Below the pieces are notes generated by a model, which was not told the DNA's origin, ran no database searches, and saw nothing but the letters and a program-made list of their open reading frames with translations. Shown one piece after another: positions 33,826-42,752 of a stretch of DNA of 64,000 nt. The position numbers and the translations under genes are program-made. How positions within the stretch are numbered: the stretch's first letter is position 1; every line of letters starts with the position of its first letter. This DNA is from an uncultured Gemmatimonadales bacterium (GTDB taxonomy: Bacteria > Gemmatimonadota > Gemmatimonadetes > Gemmatimonadales > Gemmatimonadaceae): NCBI GenBank assembly GCA_963701965.1, contig OY969695.1, forward strand, positions 5,024,001 through 5,088,000, given 5' to 3'.

Positions 33826-34673
33826 TGAGCGGGACCAATGGCGCCGGGACCGTCGCGGTGGGTCAGCCGTTCTACAAACTGACGGGGTCGGGGAACGACT
33901 TCGTCTTTTTCGACGAGCGGACGGAGCCGGCGGGCGGGCGCTGGACTGCGAGCGCGGTCCGGGCGTTGTGCGCCCGGGGCACTGGGGTCGGCGCGGACGG
34001 CGTGGTGTGGCTGGAGCCGGGCGAGGGGGCGGCGGATCTCCGGATCCGGTACGTCAACGCCGACGGGTCGCCAGCGGCCCTCTGTGGCAACGCCACCTTG
34101 TGCACGGTACGGCTCTCGGCCCTGCTCGGCGGGCCGGCCGAGATCGCCATTGGGACCGACGCGGGTATCGTGGCCGGCCGCCTTCGGGAGGACGACCCCG
34201 AGATCGATCTCGATCGGGTGACCGGGCTGGTGCCCGACATCGCCGTGTCGCGGCCGCCGGTGGCCCACCGGATCGGCTATGCCGTCGTAGGGGTGCCGCA
34301 CCTCGTCGTGCTGGTGGATGACGTCGCGGCGGTAGACGTGATGCGGGTTGGCGGGGCGTTGCGGCGCGATCCGGCCGTGGGACCGGCGGGGGCCAATGTG
34401 AATTTTGTCGGGCCAGCGGACGGCGGCGGCCTCCGGATGCGGACGTTCGAGCGCGGGGTGGAGGGGGAGACTCTGGCCTGCGGGACCGGAGCGGTGGCGA
34501 CGGCCGCGCTTTTGGTGCAGTGGGGATTGGCGCTGAGTCCGGTGCCGTTGCTGACCCCATCGGGGTCAGTGCTAACGGTGCGGTTGGCGCAGCGTGGGGG
34601 GACCTTGGCGCCATCCCTGAGCGGCGAGGGGCGATTGGTGTACCGGGGGTTTTTGTCGGGTCAGCTCCCCTAA
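33825..34673 (+). CDS. dapF: Diaminopimelate epimerase
   Basis: GSGNDF, GVGADG, NADGS...LCGNA, GVPH, ERGVEGETLACGTG. Confidence 0.93.
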   Translation: MSGTNGAGTVAVGQPFYKLTGSGNDFVFFDERTEPAGGRWTASAVRALCARGTGVGADGVVWLEPGEGAADLRIRYVNADGSPAALCGNATLCTVRLSALLGGPAEIAIGTDAGIVAGRLREDDPEIDLDRVTGLVPDIAVSRPPVAHRIGYAVVGVPHLVVLVDDVAAVDVMRVGGALRRDPAVGPAGANVNFVGPADGGGLRMRTFERGVEGETLACGTGAVATAALLVQWGLALSPVPLLTPSGSVLTVRLAQRGGTLAPSLSGEGRLVYRGFLSGQLP

Positions 34674-34716
34674 GGAAAGCTACTTACGCAAAGGAAAGTT
34701 ACCACGCCCATGATTC

Positions 34717-34915
34717 TTTTCCACATCGAGGCACTGTGGCTAACATCTTATAGAACTGCCAGTTACGGCCTTGATCTCCCGCGACATCTGACTTAGTTTT
34801 CCACGCGTATCCACACGGGGCAGTGGAGCGTGGACCTCGCGGGTCAACCAGCGCAAACAGGGCATTCCACCCACCGGACGCTCGACGATCCCATCGTCAA
34901 AGCGGCTGTGGAAAA
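34717..34915. promoter_or_regulatory. Cluster of DnaA-box-like 9-mers in an AT-richer region
   Basis: TTTTCCACA 34717, rc TTAGCCACA 34735, TTTTCCACG 34797, GTATCCACA 34807, rc TTTTCCACA 34907 (consensus TTWTNCACA). Confidence 0.6.
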
Positions 34916-35543
34916 CGTCCGCCGACACGTGGCGTCCCTCTCGGCCAGCGAGATCGTCCAGCTGGTCCTTTATCCCGAGTCACTCGCCGCCTGGTCGGCC
35001 CGCGCCCGGGTCGACGAGTCCCAGGTCGCCAATCTCTTTCGGCGCCACCGCACGTACACGCGCCTCCGCCAGCTCCTGGCCGAGCGACTCGGCGTCCCGT
35101 TCCTCGTGCTCGCCCACCTGATCGACGCCGCTCCCACCGTCCCCGCGGCGCGGCGCCCGGCCGCCCACGCCGCGATCCTGGCCGCCGCCGGCCTGCCGTC
35201 GATCGAGGACCGTCCGCCCATCGACTGGCGCACGCCGCCCTATCCCTCCTATCGGGAAGGGCACAACCCCCTCGAGCTCCTGGCCGCGGCCCATTTCGCG
35301 GTCACGGCACCGACAATGCCGGCCTCCCGCATCGTCGGCCTCGCCCTCTGGCCCGAGTCCCTGGCCGGCTTCGCGACCCGCTCACGCCGGTTCTCCCTCG
35401 GCGCGCTCCTGACGGCCTTGAGCGGGCTCCGTGGGTCGGACGTGATCGAGGCCGCCTTGGCGCAGCGCTTGGGCGTGCGCCGATCCGCCTTGGACCAGTT
35501 CATCGGCGCCGAGAAAGCGCCGAACGCCGCGACGCCAGCATAA
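34830..35543 (+). CDS. Hypothetical protein with two internal ~65-aa HTH-like (Ner/SfsB-like) repeats
   Basis: ASEIVQLVLYPESLAAW...LLAERLGV versus ASRIVGLALWPESLAGF...ALAQRLGV; start uncertain. Confidence 0.6.
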   Translation: MDLAGQPAQTGHSTHRTLDDPIVKAAVENVRRHVASLSASEIVQLVLYPESLAAWSARARVDESQVANLFRRHRTYTRLRQLLAERLGVPFLVLAHLIDAAPTVPAARRPAAHAAILAAAGLPSIEDRPPIDWRTPPYPSYREGHNPLELLAAAHFAVTAPTMPASRIVGLALWPESLAGFATRSRRFSLGALLTALSGLRGSDVIEAALAQRLGVRRSALDQFIGAEKAPNAATPA

Positions 35544-35627
35544 GAGCAGTGGAGAGATGGTCATGCGGCAGTGCTCAGATCCGTCAGAGCAGCTCATGTG
35601 GTTTCTCCACAATCCACATCGCCCTGT

Positions 35628-35655
35628 AGTTTACATAATGCCTATTATACGGAGT
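35628..35655 (-). other. dif: Chromosomal dif site (XerC/XerD)
   Basis: Minus strand ACTCCGTATAA-TAGGCA-TTATGTAAACT: 11-6-11 layout, XerD arm matches the B. subtilis dif arm TTATGTAAACT; intergenic, at the gene-strand convergence. Confidence 0.9.
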
Positions 35656-35882
35656 TATACTTAGCCCTAGATGCCCCCGCACAACGAGACCCCAGAGCCT
35701 GGCGATCATTCGTCGCAGGCGGCCTGCTGTACCGAGACGCCGGAGACGAATGATCGCCAGGCGACGCCGGCCGCACCCCGCCGCCAATGCCCCGTACTCA
35801 CTAAGTCCCATTCGCCGCGCCATCGGCCGGTGGTAACTTGCCGGGTCCGCTACCGTCCTGTTGTCTCCCAGGAGCCGCCTAG

Positions 35883-36737
35883 ATGCGCCCGTCCCTCCGC
35901 GCCGTGCTCGCCGCACTCAGCCTCCTCGCGTGCCGCCCGCACGACGCCGAACGCGCGGCGGCCAACCCACCGGCCGGTGCCACCACCGTCCCGGTGTTCA
36001 CCGTCGTCGCCAAGGACTTCAGCTTCGACGCGCCCGCCGACGTACCCGCCGGGATCACCACGATCCGCCTGATCAACCAAGGCCTGGCCATGCACCACGT
36101 GGTGCTCATGCGCCTCGCCAACGGCAAGACCGTCGCCGACCTCGCCGCCAGCATGAAGCACCCGGGCCCCCTACCGACCTGGGCAGTCTCGGTCGGCGGT
36201 CCAAACGCCCCAGTCCCCGGCGGCACCTCGGAGGCCACACTCCTGCTGGAGCCGGGCAGCTACGTCCTGCTCTGCGTCATCCCCAGCGCCGACCAAATCC
36301 CGCACTTCGCCAAGGGCATGGTGAGCCCGCTGACGGTCACCGCCAGCGCGACCTCGGCGCCCGCCCCCGCCACGGAACCACCCGCCGACCTGACGCTCAC
36401 CCTGACCGACTACGCGTTCGCATTCTCGACGCCGGTCACGGGAGGCGCGCACACAGTCCGCGTCGAAAACCGCGCCACGCAGGACCACGAGGCATTCCTC
36501 GTCCGGCTGGCGCCGGGCAAGACGGCCGCCGACCTCGTCGCCTGGATCGACAAGCAGGCCGGCCCCCCGCCCGCCGAGCCGCTGGGCGGCCTCACCGCCC
36601 TCGCCGCCGGCTCCCACGTCTACTTCACGCAGAATTTCACCCCAGGCCACTACGCCCTGCTGTGCTTCGTCCCCAATGCCAAGGACGGGAAAGCCCACGT
36701 CGCCCACGGCATGACGTCGGAGTTCACGATCAGCTGA
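35883..36737 (+). CDS. Lipoprotein with two cupredoxin-like repeats
   Basis: Lipobox LLAC; two copies of N-x-G/A-x3-H...Y-x-L-L-C-x2-P...H-x3-GM. Confidence 0.75.
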   Translation: MRPSLRAVLAALSLLACRPHDAERAAANPPAGATTVPVFTVVAKDFSFDAPADVPAGITTIRLINQGLAMHHVVLMRLANGKTVADLAASMKHPGPLPTWAVSVGGPNAPVPGGTSEATLLLEPGSYVLLCVIPSADQIPHFAKGMVSPLTVTASATSAPAPATEPPADLTLTLTDYAFAFSTPVTGGAHTVRVENRATQDHEAFLVRLAPGKTAADLVAWIDKQAGPPPAEPLGGLTALAAGSHVYFTQNFTPGHYALLCFVPNAKDGKAHVAHGMTSEFTIS

Positions 36738-36759
36738 GCGCCCCGCTGAGGCCGCGGCG

Positions 36760-37161
36760 CTATTTGATCGTCTCCCAACTCCCGGTGATGTCCACCGGCC
36801 AGTCGTCGGGTCGCTCCTCTTCCGGCGTATGCGGCCGGTACATGATGACCTTGGCCCGCTCCAGCGTGATCAACCCGCCGTCGATCATCTGATCGAGCTC
36901 CGGGAGAATGGCCATGATCTTCTCCTCGGTCTCCACACACTCGACGATGATGGGAAGATCGAACGACAGGTATTCCATCCGATCCGTGTGCAGCACCGCG
37001 CTGGCCCCGAATCCCGTCACCCCACGAAACGCCGTCGCCCCCGCGTAGCGGCGCTCCCGGAGCAGCTCGACGATCGCCTGGTAGAGCGGCTTGCCCTGAT
37101 ACTTGTCGCGCTCCCCAATGTGCACGCGCAGCAGCACCCGCTCGCCTTTCAGCCCGTGCAT
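36760..37161 (-). CDS. DUF190 (PII-like) protein
   Basis: LLRVHIGERDKYQGKPLY, AGATAFRGVTGFGAS, DLPIIVE, GGLITLE. Confidence 0.88.
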   Translation of the reverse strand: MHGLKGERVLLRVHIGERDKYQGKPLYQAIVELLRERRYAGATAFRGVTGFGASAVLHTDRMEYLSFDLPIIVECVETEEKIMAILPELDQMIDGGLITLERAKVIMYRPHTPEEERPDDWPVDITGSWETIK

Positions 37162-37238
37162 GTCCCCCTCCGCGGTCAGACGGTCGTGCTCCTTGCACCT
37201 TAACCAGAAGGTTGCGGCGACACCAGCAGCGGCTATAC

Positions 37239-37254
37239 TAAACCGTATGGTTTA
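37239..37254. promoter_or_regulatory. ArsR-type operator palindrome over the start codon; probable leaderless promoter
   Basis: TAAACC-GTAT-GGTTTA; TTGCGG(37212)-N16-TATACT(37234) just upstream of ATG 37247. Confidence 0.65.
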
Positions 37255-37693
37255 CTCCCAGACGGCGCTCGACCGCACCTTCGCCGCCCTCGCCGACCCC
37301 ACCCGGCGCGCGATTCTGGCCCGCCTCGCCACCGGCAACATCACGATCAGTGACGTCGCCCGACCGTTCCGGATGTCGCTCCCCGCGGTCTCCAAGCACC
37401 TCCGCGTCCTGGAGCGCGCCGGCCTGGCGACGATCCATCGCGACGGGCGCGTCCGGCGATGCCGGTTCGTCGCCGACCCGCTCCGCAACGCCGCCGAGTG
37501 GGTGGAGCAATACCGCGCGTTTTGGGACCAGCACCTCGATCAGCTCGCCCACTTCCTGGCCGCACCCACCACACCGGAGGACGCCTCATGGCCACCACCA
37601 CCGACACCCCCACGATCCAGCTCGAAGTCCGGCGCGTCTTCGCCGCGCCGCCCGAGCAAGTCTTCGACGCGTGGACGACGCCGGAAGAGTTGA
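37247..37693 (+). CDS. ArsR/SmtB family transcriptional regulator
   Basis: FAALADPTRRAILARL...MSLPAVSKHLRVLERAGL...GRVRRC; 3' end overlaps the next gene. Confidence 0.9.
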   Translation: MVYSQTALDRTFAALADPTRRAILARLATGNITISDVARPFRMSLPAVSKHLRVLERAGLATIHRDGRVRRCRFVADPLRNAAEWVEQYRAFWDQHLDQLAHFLAAPTTPEDASWPPPPTPPRSSSKSGASSPRRPSKSSTRGRRRKS

Positions 37694-38025
37694 AGCGCTT
37701 TCACGCCCCGGGATCTCTGACCTGCACCGTCGCCGAGGTCGACGCGCGCGTCGGCGGACGGTTGCGCATCGTCATGCAAAAGGCGGACGGCACCGAGCAT
37801 CGCGCCACTGGGATCTACCGCACCGTCGACCGGCCGCGCACCCTGTCGCTCACGTGGCGGTGGGACCACGATCCGCTGGAGACCCTGATCACGATCGAGT
37901 TTCGGCCCAAGGGGACGGGCACGGAGCTCGTCTTCACGCACGTCGGATTCGACACGGTGGAGAGCCGGGACTCCCACCGGAGTGGCTGGACGGGGATCCT
38001 CGACAAGCTCTCCAGCGTGACGTGA
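37588..38025 (+). CDS. SRPBCC/AHSA1 (START-like) domain protein
   Basis: [47 protein letters not shown]. Confidence 0.9.
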   Translation: MATTTDTPTIQLEVRRVFAAPPEQVFDAWTTPEELKRFHAPGSLTCTVAEVDARVGGRLRIVMQKADGTEHRATGIYRTVDRPRTLSLTWRWDHDPLETLITIEFRPKGTGTELVFTHVGFDTVESRDSHRSGWTGILDKLSSVT

Positions 38026-38050
38026 CCCGGACGCTGGCGGGCACATGCCA

Positions 38051-38077
38051 GGTGGTATATACTGGGTATATACCACC
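38051..38077. promoter_or_regulatory. vapBC operator (perfect inverted repeat)
   Basis: GGTGGTATATAC-TGG-GTATATACCACC; each half contains the palindrome GTATATAC. Confidence 0.8.
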
Positions 38078-38089
38078 GACCAGCGCCCA

Positions 38090-38425
38090 ATGACTCGCCA
38101 CCGTCCGAAGACCACGATCCGCACGAGTTCCGCACCCGCTCGTCCGGCCGCGTCGCCGCCAATCGCCTCCGGACCGACCCGCGCGCGGTTGTTCACGAAC
38201 GGCCGCTCCCAAGCGGTGCGTCTCCCTAAGGCGTTCCGATTCCCTGGCTCGGAGGTCCTGATCCGGCGCGGTGACGGAGACACGGTCGTCCTCGAGCCGG
38301 TCCCTCAGAGCACCTGGCCGGACCACTATTGGGAGACGATCGACGAGCTCGCAGACGATCTCGCCCTCGGCCGTGTACCGCCGATCGGCGGGCGTCTGCT
38401 CGACGTCGACCTCGAAGAGGACTGA
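38090..38425 (+). CDS. vapB: VapB antitoxin (AbrB/MazE type)
   Basis: [37 protein letters not shown]. Confidence 0.9.
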   Translation: MTRHRPKTTIRTSSAPARPAASPPIASGPTRARLFTNGRSQAVRLPKAFRFPGSEVLIRRGDGDTVVLEPVPQSTWPDHYWETIDELADDLALGRVPPIGGRLLDVDLEED

Positions 38426-38827
38426 GTGGGAGCGACTTGGCTGCTGGACACGAACGCCATCATTTACTCGGTCAGCGGGCGGCCGCCTCGCGTGCGGGCC
38501 GAGCTTCGGCGCCGGAGCCCAACCGACGTGGCCGTCTCCAGCATCACCGTGGCCGAGCTCTGGTACGGCGCTGCCAAACACGCCGACCCTGACCGAAAGC
38601 GCGGCGCGTGGATCCGCGTACTCGCGCCGTACGAGATCCTCCCGTTCGACCGGGCGGCGGCCGAGGAGCACGCCGACATCCGATTTGCGCTCCGCCATAA
38701 CCCGATCGGCGAACGGGATCTTTTCATCGCCGCGATCGCACGCGCCAACGGTCTCACGTTGGTGACGCACAACACGCGCGAATTCAAGCGCGTTCCCCAC
38801 CTCGCCGTCGCAGACTGGGCCGAGTAG
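38426..38827 (+). CDS. vapC: VapC PIN-domain toxin
   Basis: WLLDTNA, SSITVAELWYG, IGERDLFIAAIA, LVTHNTREF. Confidence 0.93.
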   Translation: MGATWLLDTNAIIYSVSGRPPRVRAELRRRSPTDVAVSSITVAELWYGAAKHADPDRKRGAWIRVLAPYEILPFDRAAAEEHADIRFALRHNPIGERDLFIAAIARANGLTLVTHNTREFKRVPHLAVADWAE

Positions 38828-39925
38828 CTAGCGCACGACGTCGAGCGTCCCGCGGCGAATGCGCGCCACCAGAAACGCGCGCCCCGCGGGATCGCCCGTC
38901 GGCAGGAAGTAGTGCGGCCCCGTGACACCGGCATAGGCGTGGGTCGCATCGAGCCCCGCGAGATAGCGCCGGACCCCGGCGCGGGTGGGCGCCGCCGCCA
39001 CCGCGGCCGCCAGGAGCCGCATCGCGTCGTAGGCCAACGCCGCGTCCTCCTCGGGCGCGATGTGATAGCGCGCGGTATACGCCTCGCTGAACCGCCGCAC
39101 CTCGGGCCGCGCATCGCTGTGCGTGAACGGCACGGCAATGTAGGCCCCGTCGCTCCCCGCCGTATCCGCGTTGATGCCCGACCACCCGTCGCCGCCGATG
39201 AACGCCGCCGCCATGCGCTGCCGCCGCGCCTCGCGGAGAATCGCCAATCCCGACGGCGAGAGACCGGCGACGAACACGACATTGGGCGAGAGCCCGCGGA
39301 GATACGTGACGTACGCTTCGTACGAGCGCGCCTCGGGATCGATGGGGAGACTGGCGATGATCGTGCCGCCCGACGTCCCGCCGAAATGCTGCCGGAACGT
39401 GCCGCTCACTCCGCGCCCGTAGGCATCGTTCTCGTACAACACCGCCGCGCGCTTGGCGCCCAGCACGGTGCGCGCGAACTGGGCGATGGTCACGCCATTC
39501 ACCGAATCGCTGCTGATGTTCCGAAACACCCAGGGCGACAGCCCCGTGAGATCGGCCGTGGTCGCCCACGGTGAGACCACCGGCAACCGGCCATCGTAGA
39601 TGCGCGCCGCGGCCACCATGGCGTTGGAGTTCATGTGCCCCACGACGCCCAGCACCGCAGGGTCGGCGATCAGCGATTCGGCCGCGGCGACCGCGCCGGC
39701 ACCGCTGGCACTGTCATCGAGCCATCGAATGGTGAGTGGCCGCCCGGCGATCCCGCCCGCCGCGTTGATCTCGGCCGCCGCCATCTCGATGCCGCGGCGA
39801 CCGTTGATCACATAGTCGAGATGCCAGGGCGCGGCGGCGGCGAGCACCACCGGCGTGGTGTCGCGCTGGCAACCAGCCGCGACACCGACGAGCGCGAGCG
39901 CCAATCCCGACGTCGCAATGCGCAC
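38828..39925 (-). CDS. LivJ/LivK-family ABC substrate-binding lipoprotein (no permease nearby)
   Basis: Lipobox AAGC; EINAAGGIAGR, VVGHMNS, YENDAYGRG, GGDGW, AYDA. Confidence 0.88.
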   Translation of the reverse strand: MRIATSGLALALVGVAAGCQRDTTPVVLAAAAPWHLDYVINGRRGIEMAAAEINAAGGIAGRPLTIRWLDDSASGAGAVAAAESLIADPAVLGVVGHMNSNAMVAAARIYDGRLPVVSPWATTADLTGLSPWVFRNISSDSVNGVTIAQFARTVLGAKRAAVLYENDAYGRGVSGTFRQHFGGTSGGTIIASLPIDPEARSYEAYVTYLRGLSPNVVFVAGLSPSGLAILREARRQRMAAAFIGGDGWSGINADTAGSDGAYIAVPFTHSDARPEVRRFSEAYTARYHIAPEEDAALAYDAMRLLAAAVAAAPTRAGVRRYLAGLDATHAYAGVTGPHYFLPTGDPAGRAFLVARIRRGTLDVVR

Positions 39926-39949
39926 GCCAGATGACGCACGAAACCTATG

Positions 39950-40417
39950 TCATGCAACGGCGCGACCGGTCTCCATCCGCTCAGTCAACACGCGGTCGAT
40001 CGAGAAGGCGCCGCCGCCATAGATCATGACGATGAGCGCCAGGCCCAGGGCCAACAGATGGAACTCGAAGCCCTCCCCTTTCTGGTTGCCGGCCCAGTTC
40101 ATGAAAAAGCCGTTGGCGAAGTTCAGCATGTACGCGGCCACGATCATGTTGCACGCGACGCCAAACGCGGCCACGCGGCCAAAGAGACCCAGGAGCAGGC
40201 CGAGAGAGCCCAAGCCCTCGGCGAGGATCGCCAGCACGGCGAACAACGTCGGGATATGCATCACGTCCGTGAAGAAATGCATCGTGCCGCCGAATCCGGG
40301 CCCGCCGAACCAGCCAAACAACTTTTGCATCCCGTGCGGAAAGATCATGATGCCGAGCGCCAACCGGGCGATCGTCGGGGAAAAGCTATCGTCCGTCGCG
40401 ATCAGGGATTGCAGCAT
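39950..40417 (-). CDS. DoxX family membrane protein
   Basis: FPHGMQKLFGWFGGPG, GFFMNWAGNQKGEGFEFHLL, GGGAFSID. Confidence 0.9.
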   Translation of the reverse strand: MLQSLIATDDSFSPTIARLALGIMIFPHGMQKLFGWFGGPGFGGTMHFFTDVMHIPTLFAVLAILAEGLGSLGLLLGLFGRVAAFGVACNMIVAAYMLNFANGFFMNWAGNQKGEGFEFHLLALGLALIVMIYGGGAFSIDRVLTERMETGRAVA

Positions 40418-40426
40418 GACACACTC

Positions 40427-41002
40427 CTAGCGGGAAGGCGTGAGATAGCGCGCGGGAATCTCCAGACCGGGACGCTCGGCCTCCCAATAGATCGTCACGA
40501 CGTACCAGCGCGTCCCATCGTTGAAGAGCTGAAAGCTGTTGATGCCGCGCGCGAATGGCGTGGCATCTCCCGGCGCATGACGCGACGCGTAGGCGCTGAA
40601 GACCTGCGTCACCGAGCCAAAGGTCTCCGCGGTCCGCCCGATCTCGGTCTCGTAGAATGGCATCTTGTCGAACGCGGGGCTGACGCGCGCCACGTACTGC
40701 TGCGGGGTCATGGCGTTGACGTGCGGCGCGCTTCCGTCCTTGGGGTGCGCCGTCGGGATGAGCCGCGCACCCGGCGCGAACAGCGAGTAGAACCGGGGCC
40801 AATCGCGCGGACCAGCCGGTCCCGAGATCGAGGCGTAGATGGCGTGCATGATGGCGTCCATAGACGCCACATCTTCGGGCTTGGCCGCGGGCGTGGTCGT
40901 GTCGGACGGCGCCGCGGTCTGGGCCCGGCCCGGCGCGGCAAGGGCGGCCAACGAGCCGGCCAACGCGCCGAGCGTCACGAACGATCTGAGAAGTCGAGTC
41001 AT
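40427..41002 (-). CDS. Exported conserved hypothetical protein (NTF2/SnoaL-like)
   Basis: Signal peptide; YASISGPAG-RDW, FYETEI, RGINSFQL, RWYVVTIYW. Confidence 0.7.
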   Translation of the reverse strand: MTRLLRSFVTLGALAGSLAALAAPGRAQTAAPSDTTTPAAKPEDVASMDAIMHAIYASISGPAGPRDWPRFYSLFAPGARLIPTAHPKDGSAPHVNAMTPQQYVARVSPAFDKMPFYETEIGRTAETFGSVTQVFSAYASRHAPGDATPFARGINSFQLFNDGTRWYVVTIYWEAERPGLEIPARYLTPSR

Positions 41003-41047
41003 GCGGCAACAATGGGCGCACCCATCGATCTCCGCAAGGCAACCGTG

Positions 41048-41413
41048 CTACTGCGGCGCGGGAACGTCTGCTTCGAACTCGGCGCCGCTCAGCGCGGGAT
41101 TGGTGGCGACGGCGCGATAGCCGTTGCCCTCGCCCGGCATGATCACGATGACGGTACCGCGCGACGGCTTGAACGGCGCGAGATCGGCGACCGCGTACGC
41201 GTACGCATGGTGGGCCGTGTAATACGTCGCCTCGGCCTTCTTGAGCTGCACGAGATCCTGCGCCATCGCCGCGGCGATCGCCTTCGACGTCGAATCGTTG
41301 AGCCCGAGATCCAGCGCACCGCGCGGGAGCGGCGTCCCCTGTTGCGCGGCGAGTGGGCGCGCGCCGCCCACGACGAGCACGACCGGCACGACCGCGACGA
41401 GCGCGGCGCGCAC
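41048..41413 (-). CDS. Small exported protein with pilin-like C-terminal segment
   Basis: Signal peptide from GTG 41413; DLVQLKKAEATYY...YA...DL...GYRAVAT resembles pilin alpha1-C/beta region; no prepilin cleavage motif. Confidence 0.5.
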   Translation of the reverse strand: MRAALVAVVPVVLVVGGARPLAAQQGTPLPRGALDLGLNDSTSKAIAAAMAQDLVQLKKAEATYYTAHHAYAYAVADLAPFKPSRGTVIVIMPGEGNGYRAVATNPALSGAEFEADVPAPQ

Positions 41414-41418
41414 GGCGG

Positions 41419-42087
41419 CTACTTCGCTGGGCGAGCCGTCAACTCGCCGATGCGCAAGTGGGCCTCCCCCGCTTCGGGGCGGGTATCGTCCTTCGCCAGA
41501 TCGCGCCACAACGTCAGCGCGTTCGCCGTATCGGCGCCCGTTGTGTAGGCACGCGCGGCCATCGCCTTATAGCGCGCCTTGTCTCCCGTGTACGGCGACA
41601 AGTCGGCCGCCTGCCGGTAGTGGGCAGCCGCATCGCGGTACTTGCCCTGTTCCGCGTAGCCGTCCCCCTGCAGCGCCTCGACGCCCGGCGCGAACGGCGC
41701 CGATCCTCCCGCACGCGGCGCCTTGACCAACACCGCGACGCCTTCAGCGAACTTCTGCTGCTGGTAATACGTCTCGGCCAGCAGCATCGCCGCCTGCGTC
41801 GCCGCCGGGGTCCCGGCGTAGCGGGTGAGCAGGCGCTTGAGATCGGTCTGGGCGAGCGGGATGTTGCCCGCCGCCAATGACCGCTGCGGTGCCAACAATT
41901 GTTCGTCGGCGTGCCGGAGCTGTTGCGCGGACGAGTAGCGATAGAGCCAGAGCAATCCGATAATGGCGACGAGCACGAGGCCGCCGATACTGACCTCGCG
42001 CGTATGAACGCGGGCCCACTCGGTGAGGGACTCGGTCCGATCTTCCAGGCTCGGCCGGCTAGCGGACATGGCCGCGGCGGGAGTCAT
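41419..42087 (-). CDS. YfgM-like membrane-anchored TPR protein
   Basis: EDRTESLTEWAR, TM helix, RYAGTPAATQAAMLLA, TPR-like helices. Confidence 0.75.
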   Translation of the reverse strand: MTPAAAMSASRPSLEDRTESLTEWARVHTREVSIGGLVLVAIIGLLWLYRYSSAQQLRHADEQLLAPQRSLAAGNIPLAQTDLKRLLTRYAGTPAATQAAMLLAETYYQQQKFAEGVAVLVKAPRAGGSAPFAPGVEALQGDGYAEQGKYRDAAAHYRQAADLSPYTGDKARYKAMAARAYTTGADTANALTLWRDLAKDDTRPEAGEAHLRIGELTARPAK

Positions 42088-42157
42088 TCGATGACGGGAA
42101 GCGTGGGGTGAACATCAGGGTGGAACTGTGCAAAATACGGGTCACCCGCCGGCGGGG

Positions 42158-42742
42158 CTAGTCGCGCGCGGGAGTCGTCTCCCGGACTTCATCCCAGGAG
42201 ACCTCATAGCGGCACACCGCGCCGCCGCGGGCCCGGCACTCTGTCTCCGCCATCTTGACCCCGGTCGCGCCGCACATCTCCAGCGCGCGCCGATGCCACC
42301 CGACGATCGTGAGACAGTCCGGGCGGCTGTACGCTTGGGCGTCGTACGTCGTCAACACGGCCGAGCGGGCCCCGGTACTCTCGTACTCGCGGCGACCGGT
42401 TTCGTAGTAGATGCGATAGATCGCGGGGGCGTTTCGGAGAAAAGCGTGCGGATCGCCGTAGCGTAGAAATCCCTTGTGCACCGTCATGAGATTCCGCTCC
42501 GCCGAGGCGGCGCCGAGCTTCTCGAAGAACTGCGTGTTGCCGCGGGCCAGGACCGCGACGATGGCCGCGTCGAGACGCTCGCCGAGGTCGAACGGGTACC
42601 ACGTGATCGGGAGGATGACGCGGAGCGCGGCCTGGTCCTCCACGCTCAAACTGGCGACCACCTTCGCGGCGGATCCGGCGCCGAAGTTCTCGTCGAGAAA
42701 CGCCATCCGCGACCTGAGAACGGTCCCCTTGACCTGCTGCAC
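42158..42742 (-). CDS. V4R/H-NOX-like hypothetical protein (myxobacterial paralogous family type)
   Basis: VKGTVL, WYPF, C-terminal ECRARGGAVCRYEVSW. Confidence 0.7.
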   Translation of the reverse strand: MQQVKGTVLRSRMAFLDENFGAGSAAKVVASLSVEDQAALRVILPITWYPFDLGERLDAAIVAVLARGNTQFFEKLGAASAERNLMTVHKGFLRYGDPHAFLRNAPAIYRIYYETGRREYESTGARSAVLTTYDAQAYSRPDCLTIVGWHRRALEMCGATGVKMAETECRARGGAVCRYEVSWDEVRETTPARD

Positions 42743-42752
42743 CGATCGTCTC

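Noticed and set aside
34731..34758. Second degenerate dif (IMEX attachment scar) around TTATAGAACT
   Set aside because: Only about 6/11 match to the XerD arm and no XerC arm at 6-bp spacing
34674..34915. oriC interpretation of the DnaA-box cluster
   Set aside because: No dnaA/dnaN/gidA context; essential genes converge on the site, skew runs G-rich to C-rich, and dif is adjacent. All of this indicates the terminus.
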